Shown here: positions 53,684-64,000 of the stretch, in pieces
How the letters are laid out: each line of letters opens with the position of its first letter
Numbering within the stretch: position 1 is the first letter of the stretch
DNA from: Octopus vulgaris
Taxonomy: Eukaryota
NCBI GenBank assembly: GCA_951406725.2
Contig: OX597817.1
Coordinates: 126,108,001 to 126,172,000 of the forward strand
Length of the DNA: 64,000 bases
Direction: 5' to 3'
The notes under the pieces: model-generated
Told to the model about the DNA's origin: nothing
Seen by the model: the letters and a program-made list of their open reading frames with translations, nothing else
Database searches by the model: none
Program-made: the position numbers and the translations under genes

Positions 53684-55804
53684 CAAATTTGAAGTTTAAC
53701 TTGATCTGTATCGAATTCACCTGTTTTGGTGTACTAACGAAGGTAATGTCTAAAAGTAATACTTGACACCAAACAAAGAATTAGAAGCTTTAATGGATAT
53801 TTTGAACATACCCAAGCTGGAATATGCAAGCATAAACCTCATTTATTGCATCGTTAATAATGAAATGTATATCACGAAATTAATATTTTAATACTAATTG
53901 TGGACAGAGTGAATCTAATAATTTATTCAATAGAGTTCCAATAAGATTTGGGTTATACACTGCTTGGCTGGCTGTCGTAATATTTACCAACTCCTTTTAT
54001 TGAATTATCGAGCAAAAATAACAATGTAAAATACACTGAATAGGAAAGTTAGCATTAAGTATGCAATATGAAAAGCATTAAAAAAAAATCGGAACTAAAA
54101 AAAAAATATTAAGAGATCAACTTTTAAAGGCAGATAATCAACTTATATTAAGAATTGAAATAAATAAGAATATACTTGACACAAAAAGTTACAAGTCAAA
54201 TTAATATGACCAGAAGCAAAAATGCGAGTTCAGTAATTTCAGGTTTTAAAATTATTCGAAGAGTAACGTTCAAGTTTTATTGCAATTAATTATCTGTTTT
54301 AGGTATTCACCTGAAATACAAATACCCTTTGTATACATTTAAATTTTGAAGTAGTTAGTATTGAATTATTCTAAGAATAAAATAACTGAATCTGAACAAA
54401 TATAAATTCTCTACAGAATAGATAATTTTAGTGAAACAAAATTCCAAACAAATCGAATTATATTTTTTTCTATATTTATAGAGACACAAAGTAAATAATG
54501 GAACATACTAAACGATAAGAAAAAATAATTTTAACGATATAATAAATTTTTGCTGAAAGGCATATACCATAAATTTAGTTGCGCAAATGCAATTAAAATA
54601 TTCTTCATCCATTTCAGCATGCTTCACAGCACCGAAATTGGTAGGGTATAATTTTATTGAAAATTCTTCTGGACAAACGCGTTCATTTCTCATTTAGTGA
54701 CTTCTGTTTCAGTATCTAAGCATTATGTGGAAAAGTTATCGAAACAAAAACAAGATTAAGAATAAAAAGGTATTTTGGATGAAAATACCTAAGTTTCAAC
54801 TTCATTAAGTCCAATTTTTTTTAAACTTCAAGTTGATACACATCTACACACGCATGTGCGTATATTTGCATTTCAAATTTTCTCTTCAAATTCCGTATCA
54901 CATGCATTAAACTCATATGTTTCTCGTTGTAATTCACGTTGTAGTATATGTTGTTATGTATTTATATCGTTAATTTTTATGACCGAAGAACCGTTTATTT
55001 TCAATGTCAGATGATCCTAAGGTGTTCCTTTAAAATCATTACACCGAAAATAATTTTCTAATAACCCCAAACTATCGTCAGAAATGATTGTTCAAAAATA
55101 ATAATAGATGTTAATTCGCAGCATTGTCGCATTGCATTTGTGTATGAATGTACGCAGATTCAAATATATATTTGCTTGTGTACTAGTGCGTTACATTTTG
55201 TATATGTCTATGCACTAATGTATTGATAAATATGTATGAATGTATGTATGCTTATAAATGGTTTCCATATTTCTGAAATTTACACACATATAATTATGAG
55301 TATTAAATTCCGTGAAAGTTAGCACAAATCACAGTAGAAATCACACTCTATGCAAATGACAAGAAATATTTTCTGTTCTTATTTTCCGAAATACACATTA
55401 TTGGAACAGCATTTTTATCAAAAAAACTTGTCCGAAAATCTTTAATTTAGCTTAGGATTGTTAAATTTTATATTTGTGTTTGAGATCCTGCAGAATCATG
55501 TGTCTCCGGGTGCAGAAGTGGTTCGACATAGTAGAGACGGTTGGCAAGATATAAACAATTTTACCGAAGACTTGTACTGCTTTATGAATATCAATCTCTG
55601 AATATATGACTAGAAATGTTCTCGAGTCGGATACCTATTGTCCGGAACAAACGTTGTGCATATTAACTGTTCTGCTTTTGGAGAATGAAAAAACGCACCA
55701 CTACACTGTAATGAAATATGTATATGTTCAAAGTCGTCAAGCCATTAAGATTATATTCTCAACCAATTTTCATAAATTGGCCACAGTAATGCACATATAC
55801 ATAC

Positions 55805-55920
55805 AGGAGCGACATGAAACAATGTATTCTTCTCAAGGACACGATACAATGCTGGCAATCGAAATCATGACCGTAAAATGGTCAGCCGAATATTCTAACC
55901 ACTAAGCCATGTTCCTTCAT
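55805..55920 (-). mobile_element. tRNA-derived SINE head (probably family D)
   Basis: Minus strand GAAGGAACATGGCTTAGTGGTTAGAATATTCGGCTG...GATTTCGATTGCC...TGTCCTTGAG has A/B-box-like motifs followed by a CORE-like start. Confidence 0.65.
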
Positions 55921-55984
55921 TTATCTATCTTTCTGGCTAGCTATCTATTTGTCTACACCCACACGATCTCACAAACACACACAT

Positions 55985-56251
<267 letters not shown>

Positions 56252-56654
56252 AACTTCTTCCCAAGATGGGTAGTGGCTTCCTCATAAAGATTTACATCTA
56301 TTTTATGAAAAATGATTTTTAAATAGTCTTTTTTCCTTTCAAACTGTATCAAGTACGTTTCACAAAAGCTTTTAAGTATGTTCAAATTTACAGAAAACAA
56401 AAGACGAAAACAGGTGAAAGAACAACAAGCATATTCATTTGAGTGTCGGGAAGAATGAAAAACTCTTTGACCTTTTGAGCCTACAGTCTTCGACAGAAAA
56501 TGTTGAAAGGAAAGAAATTGAAGATAGAACGAAAGAAACCGGAGAAAGAGAAAATGTGTAGGGGTTAACGGTTGAACGTTATGAAATAACTGGTGATATG
56601 CAGAAGCATGCATATATATTTGTATTCATACATATATGAACGTATATTATTTTA

Positions 56655-56849
56655 CATATTTCTGTCAATTGCTGCCATGCTAGAGCACCACCGTGGTGGG
56701 ATTTTTATCGAGCAATCGCCTCCGGAACTCCTTCTTTAAGCCTAGTACTTAGTCTATTAGTCTTTTGCTGAACTGCTAATTTACGGTGACATAAAACACA
56801 CCAACACCAGTTGTCAAGCTATGGTACGCAACGAAGACAAACTTACACA

Positions 56850-56888
<39 letters not shown>
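56655..56888 (-). mobile_element. SINE family B 3' half plus its internal (CA)n
   Basis: GCTGCCATGCTAGAGCACCACC...AAGCCTAGTACTTA...ACCAACACCAGTTGTCAAGC, then (CA)n. Confidence 0.7.
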
Positions 56889-57258
56889 GATAACACGTGC
56901 TGAGAAAGGTGAGTTTATAATGCCATTCCAGAAACCGGTCCATGTGAGTCCAAATAGTTGAATGTATGATGAGAGATTGTCCTTGTCCGTTTGCACGCAG
57001 ACGGTTGATTTCTGTAGTTATCACTTTTTTTTCGGCGATTTAAATACAAATTTTGACTGTTATTTCTAGCAGGTTGACATACCTAATATGTTCTTTCATT
57101 AATTTTAATCCTTGAGCTATTTGATGCTTTTGGGGCCTGCTATCACCTATATTACTGATTCTGTTATATTCATTTTTAATTGTTACACTAGATAATAATA
57201 GAATCATTAATCTATTTGCAAATCATCCCTCCTGAATCATTTGCTTCAAATATATATA

Positions 57259-57466
57259 GGTGGTGATCTGTCAGAATCGTTTGCACGCTGACCAAAATGC
57301 TTAGCAGTATTTCGTTAATCCATACGTTCTGAGTTCAAATTCCGCCGAAGTAAACTAAGCCTTTCATGACTTCGTGCTCGATAAATTGAAGTACCAAGTG
57401 AGTCGAATCTATCGACTTACACACCTCTTCCGAAATTACTAGTCTTGTACCAAAATTTAAAACCAA
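57259..57466 (+). mobile_element. SINE family A
   Basis: CAGAATCGTTTGCACGCTG...AAATGCTTAGCAGTATTTCG...TACGTTCTGAGTTCAAATTCCGCCGA...CCAAAATTTAAAACCAA. Confidence 0.85.
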
Positions 57467-57905
57467 TATATTTTTCTGTTCCATTCTTCACCTATTTCTT
57501 TTTCTTATTTAAATTAAGTAAAATTAATAATTTATTATCTATTGCCGGTGCACGACACCAGCTTGCATGTAAAGTTACACTTAACCCAATATTATATATC
57601 AATAATGAAATAAAACATTATGGTTGATATGTACTATGATTTTCATTTTCCAAGTAAAAGAGGTTAGGAAATAACAAGTTTGAATTAACTATACCTAATA
57701 TGATAATATATATTCATATCGCATAATTCAATGTTAGATACAGGATGTTTCAAAAAGTTGATATCATTTGAGGTGTAAATATCACAGAGACTATAGAGTC
57801 GAAGTAAATGAAACGAAACAGGCTTAATGTTGAGCAACATGAATTTTATTCCTCCTAATGTAAATGAGAAATTCAAAAGAAATTCAAAGGTATGTTGATT
57901 CTATT

Positions 57906-59009
57906 TCACCAATGTTCAATAAGCGCACCGGCTGAGACACGACACACGTCAAGTTGGTAGTCCATCTCCTCCCAAACACGCTGCATGTCTTGGGTAACAA
58001 TCTCCAGTGCGGGAATTATTCTCTGCTCGAGTTCCAGGCCCTTCATATAGCCCCAGAAAAAATCGTAAGGTGTCAGGTCAGGAGAACGTTATGGCCATTT
58101 CAACAGCACATTATCTCCCTCGCAGATCATTGAAGTAAACCCGAACAGGGAGCTTTCAGTAAGATGGAGTCCCGTCCTTTTGAAGAATAAAGTCTTCATG
58201 TTCATTTGCAATGAGGTCATACATTAGCCAGTACTGAAGCATTTGCAGATAAACATTGCCGGTCACATTTCCCTCAGAGGAAAACGGGCCATGAAGATGC
58301 TTCTTGGGGATGGCGCATAACACATTAACCTTTGGTGAGTCCCACACATGCTCAACTGTGGCATGCTGATTTTCTTCTCTCCAAATGCGAACATTATGAT
58401 TATTGACTTTGGCATTCGTATGAAATATGGCCTCGTTATTGAAAACAAAACGTCCCTTGAACAGCACGCCAGCGCGCCGCCGGTGACGGCAGCGCTCGAC
58501 GCGGGGCAACGCGAATGCTACCGCCTATGCTACGCCTACCGTGTGCCCTCACAAAACCGGACCAGAATCAAGCTCAACAGGGTCTTCTTTCTCCGCCGAT
58601 CCGTCCACAGAATTGTTTGCGCTTTCACTTGCCATCTGCCATTATGGCTTGAATGAGGTGCAGCTTGTAGGATTTCGTAAGCAAGCGTTTTCTCACGACG
58701 CGCCAAACTGTCGTTGGAGGAATCTGGATTTCCAGACTTGTTTTTCTTATAGACGTCTTGGGGTTTCGCATGATTATTTGGCGAACCCGCGCGACCGTCT
58801 CTTCCGATGTTAGTAGTCGTCCGGAACATTCTGCTCTGCACAGACAGCCTTCCTCTTCCAATTATTTTTTTGCCGTATATCTAAATCTGAATTGCTATTG
58901 GTAACTTTTTAGAGAACTCTCTCACAAATGTACACTGCACAGTCTTGTTGGACTGTGTTCGAGCATACTCCAACACACAAAACGCCTTTTCTCTTCCAGT
59001 GAATGCCAT
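57906..59009 (-). pseudogene. DD41D-like transposase pseudogene (stops, frameshifts, internal rRNA insertion)
   Basis: MAFTGREKAFCVLEYARTQSNKTVQ...SGRLLTSEETVARVRQ..RNPKTSIRK...YKLHLIQAI...FVFNNEAIFH...VNNHNVRIW..EN...DSPKVNV...GPF...YLQML...FILQKDGTP...WP*RSPDLTPYDFFWGYMK...GALIEHW*. Confidence 0.88.
58462..58607 (-). rRNA. 28S (LSU) rRNA fragment, ~146 bp, non-functional, inserted in the transposase
   Basis: Minus strand GGATCGGCGGAGAAAGAAGACCCTGTTGAGCTTGATTCTGGTCCGG...GTGAGGGCACACGGTAGGCGTAGCATAGGCGG. The 24-mer GAAAGAAGACCCTGTTGAGCTTGA (58568-58591) is the conserved eukaryotic 28S core, colinear downstream, followed by a GC-rich hairpin like an expansion segment. Confidence 0.88.
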
Positions 59010-59619
59010 TTCTATTAAACATAAAATCTTGACTTGTTCCTACACATGTTGTTAAAATTTTATGTCATCTGAGCAAAAACTGGCAGAGTTATTAGATTGC
59101 AAAATGATAATTTTTAAAAAAACATCCTGTATATAACTAAAAAAGTGTTTGGACAAATGAATTGGATGAACTACGAATTTCATGGACAATGGTTATGTAC
59201 TGTACAACATATTGGCCAAAAACAGTGGCCTCATCTAACTACGCTCCAGTTGTATGTATATAAAGTGCATGGTAATTTACGCTTAAACTCCAAGAAAAAT
59301 TCTCTTGTAAAATTATGCTAGCATTCTTTTACTATGAACTAATCTTACTTGCCGTGAAATACTAACGTCAGATTATATCTTTGTAGGTGATAACGACCAA
59401 TGAAGTTAGTAGTAGTTGAATGGATTATTTCATCACACTTCTCCTATAGTTAACGATCTTTCTAAACAGGAATATCAGTAGATTTACTGATTTCAGATCA
59501 TCATAGAATTAAAATGGTTTATGTTTAATAAAAAAAATATCTTCTTGTTGTTCGTCACTTCATGAATTCTCAATTAATTTACACCTGATAATATGAAACA
59601 ACAAAAACCCAAAGAAATA

Positions 59620-60480
59620 AAGCAATAAATATTTTATGAGCTTTTACCAATTGGCAACAACTTTCCTCCTCGTTAAAAGCATTCCAATTTGGAAATACAT
59701 AGACGAAATAACATATAGATGTTAAAAGATGCACTATGTAAGACAACCGAATACATAGAAAACCCATACCCTGGTTTCTATATTCATTCATCTTTCTCGT
59801 CTGTGATTAACAACAACACATCTATGCATACCTACACACTCACCGTGACCCCCTCGCATATCAGATTATATCTATTGAAGTAGCAATCAAAAGGCAATGA
59901 TACTTGCCGATACACTTCAAAATTTCTAATAACGTTACGCGAGTCGCTGGCTCTGCTTTTAGCCCTTGATGGCAGATCATTCTATTCTGTGTTTGCCTGA
60001 CGGCATTCCCTTCCTTTACGTTTCAGACTCAGTATTTCGTAGAGTGGGTGATAACATCATTGTGTGTTACTTTTATGCCTCATCCCTTTTACCTTCACAA
60101 ATAAAATAAAGCCCATGTCCTTGACTACGATAGTTTGGATGTAACATCAGTAAGGTTTAGCCATCGAACCAAAATAGAAGAAATTATTGAAAATTCTGAT
60201 AGTTCTAAACTTAGTGGTAAGAAATGATTTTGAAACATTTGGAACAACTCTGTATCTTGAGAAGATATTACAACAGAATCGTCTCGACAATTAGGATACA
60301 TAGTTATTTTATATGGAGTAAGGAAGTGTGATAGGCACAGTATGCAGACACATTTTAACCATTACCTTTTAATTCCGTGCCTTGTCGGAAGGATGTAACT
60401 GTCCCTTTTTCCGATAAATAGGTGTCTTCACTTCAGAGCCACTTGCACCACTTAGTCAGACACTCGATGCTTTTGACATT
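59620..60480 (-). pseudogene. Degraded piggyBac-like transposase relic
   Basis: In order: SYILPTRHGIKR*W (YI..KP.K.GIK.W), IFNNFF (FDN.F), KDMGFIL...HPL...LKRKGRE (LK.MG...CPL...LKKKGRG), NRYNLICEGV (YN..MGGVD). Confidence 0.45.
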
Positions 60481-61374
60481 TATATCTTTTTTATCTCCAG
60501 TTATCTTTAAGTGCTGACGCCTTCTGCTTGCTGCTCTGCTCTCAGCAGATTTTGCTTCATGGTAATTTCCTGTAAATAAATAACAAAGAAAGAAGAATGC
60601 AAGAAGATAATACCGTTATCGTACAAAGTCAATACATTCGACGAAATTATACATTTGCAACAGACATTAACATACAATATTAAAGAAGTTAACTTAGGAA
60701 AAATAAGATGAATAATACACATTGAAAAAATGTACATTGTTAGCTGTATAGAATGTACAGTAAAGTTTCGGTTTCTGAAATTTGAAATGCGTTTATTCTC
60801 ATTTGTTTCTTTAACAATTGAAGCATAATTACACATTCAAACATCTTCACGGATTTATATTTATTATCATATTCAAGGTGTGAATAGATAAGTGAGAGTT
60901 TACGCACATTTTGTTATATGCCTATTTAGCACTTTCACTTTTTTTGTTTTCTAATATACTGTTTCTTTCATCTTTTGTCACGTTTCATCCTTTTGTCACG
61001 TTTCATAATTTACCGTCCTACCACACTCACCCAGTTATGTGAAAGTGATGTGGGACGGGATAAAGAAAAATGTGATATTTTTTTTCCCCTTAGGGATGAG
61101 GAAAAAGCAAATGATAAGTAAGTAATATCTAGAATCCAGATGGGTCTTTTTTCAACTGAAACTTATACATTTAAAGCTATTTTATTTCTTGGGAGTACAA
61201 AGTGTAACTAGGAATCCGTCTTTAGTATTTAGAAATGGGTGGTTGAATAGTAAAACTTTGGCGTATGCTAACTAATTACTGATCATAAATATTCGTTTTG
61301 AAAAAAACTAGTTACTTAGCTGTTAATAAATTGACAATGAACAAGGACCTAATATTCTCTCTTTCCTTCTCTTA

Positions 61375-61377
61375 TAC

Positions 61378-61417
<40 letters not shown>

Positions 61418-61500
61418 ATGTCTGTGTGTGTGTGTATGTGTGTGTGTGTGTATGTGTGTATGTGTGCGTGTGTGTATGTGTTTGCGCGCGCGTGTTTGTG
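61375..61500. repeat. (TA)n-(TG)n microsatellite
   Basis: Direct reading. Confidence 0.95.
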
Positions 61501-62280
61501 TCTGCATATGTAATTGTTAAAAGAACAGCGACATTTCACCTGAAGCTGTATTTCTTTATAGATTTTGCATTAAATTTTTATGTAGAATCTGAAAAACTGC
61601 AAATAAAAGGGAATGCAACTTCCAGACACATAAGACATTTGAAAGCAATTCTTTATGTATGTAATGATCTATTTTATTTCGTTTGCCTTGATAGTCTTAT
61701 AAAATATAGTATTTTATGAAAATGTATCTGCCTTATTCCCAACAACACATTAAGTATTCATGAAAACTGTGATTTCATTCTATTCGTTGTGCAGGCAGGG
61801 GTCGAATATGCCATGTCTGCTGTTATGATTACATTGATCACTTTTGGCAAATACTTGTAGATTTTTGCGAGGAATAAATTCAGTGTGGGAAAGAAGATTT
61901 ATAAAAAAATATATAGAATACTTCCTGTTATTTTTTGTATTATTCATTTATTTATCCATTAGAATTGGTTTCATTCACACTTCTATCAAATTAACAATTG
62001 ATCTTTCTAGAATTTCTATAATAAAATTTCAAATATTTGCTTTCGCGAGGTGATTGTTTGAAACATTTATCTGTGCTTGTTTTTCTTATGCTCTCTCTAC
62101 TATTTTATGAATTTCTTTTATAGAGAAACTTAACCTAAAGAAAATCTTCTTCATTGGTTCCTTGCATTTATTCATATTGAAATTTCTTCAACACTGAATA
62201 TGTAATGATTCTTTACTGCTTAACATTTTCCACGTCATTGATTCAAAATGAAATCTATAATAACACGACATTTTACTGAA

Positions 62281-62444
<164 letters not shown>

Positions 62445-63399
62445 GCCCTGTAGAGAAATACAAAAGAGTAATTGTTTCTTTAATTCTAGGAAAGAATTTC
62501 ATTGAAATTAGCTATTCTTTTGCATATTTTTTTCAAGTTAATATTTCAATCAGGTTCCGCATTACTAATGTCTTCGAAAATAAGATGTCCATTGTCCAAT
62601 TCAAGTAATAGTGAAAACTTGGGCTTTGTTTGGTATCACAAACGGGTTAAAATAGATTTTCCTTTTCAAAGCATATTTAGCTTCAATTTTTTAATGAATC
62701 AAGTGAGAAAAACTCAATAGATTTCTAAGTGAAATTAATCACGTGTGATGATGAAATCGTAACCCTAGGATAAACGTGTGCTTTCAATAAAGCATTTGCA
62801 ATCTGAGGATAGCGTCCTGAATTATCCGTAATGAATGCCATTATAAATATATAATTCTCTGCTAAATTTTTGTTTGTGGTTCTTTAAACTGGAAGTATAT
62901 TCTCAGTGAAATTATATCTAGTTGAGTTTTAATAATATAAGTCATATGTTGACTTAATTCTAAATTCTAAAGTTAACTGAGTTACTACTCAGATTTGAAC
63001 AAAGTGTTGTATAAAATATTCTCTTCCGAAATAAAATTGAGATGCATATTCTTTTATGGGTCAATTAACGAAATGTACCAGATGAAAATCCATTGTACAA
63101 AACGTAATGCATTTTATAAAAATATTGTGCAGCAGTATTTTCCGAAGCTAATATGTTCACAATAATATAAATCTGTCTAGCTATCTACAATAACATTTCT
63201 TTTTTATTTCCCTCATCAATAATGAAAACTGCAAACAGAGTATGCCAGGATATTCCTTATCACAATCAAAGAACATACCACAATCAAACGTGAGTCGTAT
63301 ATGCCGTCATTTCAAGTCACACTCTTTCGTTTTAATTCATTAATTTTTATGATGAAAATAGTGGGGGCCGAGAGGACGGACGTTTTTGAAATTACTATT

Positions 63400-64000
63400 A
63401 CTTAGTTCCAGGGGGAGCAACATATGTCCAACAGGTACCATTCGGTTAGCGGTGTCCTAACATTTGTTTGCCTTTTCAGGTGATGCCATGGCGCTGTGTG
63501 CGATAGAGTATTGCGTGTTTGCGTAGGGCACTTACGTGAAGTCTGGCACAACATGAGCGTGAGGTTCGACGCTACTACAACATTCGTATGCGAGGTACAC
63601 TAATGAATAGGCGGCCGGTGAGGGCGTCATGAATGGTTCAAAATGTGGAACGCGTCAGACAAGCTTTCATATGGTGTCCGAAACGCTCTGCTCGGAGGCA
63701 TCCACTGAATTTGTCATCGGTAATCGATCGGTAATGCGTATTTTGCATGAAGACCTGCATTTCCACACGTACAAATTGGTCATTGGACAACAGTTGAAAC
63801 CTTGGGACTATGAACTGCAGCTTAACTTCGCACATCACATGGAGCAATTTTTGAGGCTAATGATAACCTCATTTTGTTAATGAGTGATGAAGCTTATTTC
63901 CATCTCAGTGGTATGGTGAATCAACAGAACTGTCGTTATTGGGCTCTTGAAAATCTGAGAGAAATGCACGAAAGACCACTGTACAGCCGTCATTGGTCCT
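63400..64000 (+). mobile_element. Second DD41D-like Tc1/mariner transposase relic, running off the window end
   Basis: NRSVMRILHEDLHFHTYKLVIGQQLKPWDYELQLNFA, then after a frameshift LILLMSDEAYFHLSGMVNQQNCRYWALENLREMHERPLYS. Confidence 0.88.

Larger units (their letters stand above)
57741..59129 (-). mobile_element. Full-length Tc1/mariner element (DD41D/rosa-like) with TIRs and TA TSD
   Basis: TA|CAGGATGTTTCAAAAAGTTGATATCATTT at the left and AAAATGATAATTTTTAAAAAAACATCCTG|TA at the right; ~1.39 kb. Confidence 0.9.

Overview
AT-rich eukaryotic DNA packed with microsatellites and transposable-element (TE) relics. The SINE families and repeat landscape resemble an octopus (coleoid cephalopod) genome; this is inferred from remembered repeat families and was not verified by a search. 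I found no convincing host protein-coding exon, tRNA gene or intact rRNA gene, so the window is probably intergenic or part of a giant intron. Retroelements: RTE-clade LINE fragments, an R4/Dong-like LINE, a Penelope GIY-YIG fragment, an L1/Tx1-like endonuclease scrap and at least four SINE-like families, several with target-site duplications (TSDs). DNA elements: three Tc1/mariner elements, hAT, Harbinger and piggyBac relics, two MITE-like foldbacks and a head-to-tail pair of non-autonomous Helitron-like elements. The most unusual observation is a ~146-bp GC-rich 28S rRNA fragment embedded in the transposase of a full-length, TA-flanked DD41D-like Tc1/mariner element (58462-58607). I cannot support a new multi-gene system. 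Most listed ORFs are microsatellite or antisense artefacts. Coordinates of degraded elements are approximate.
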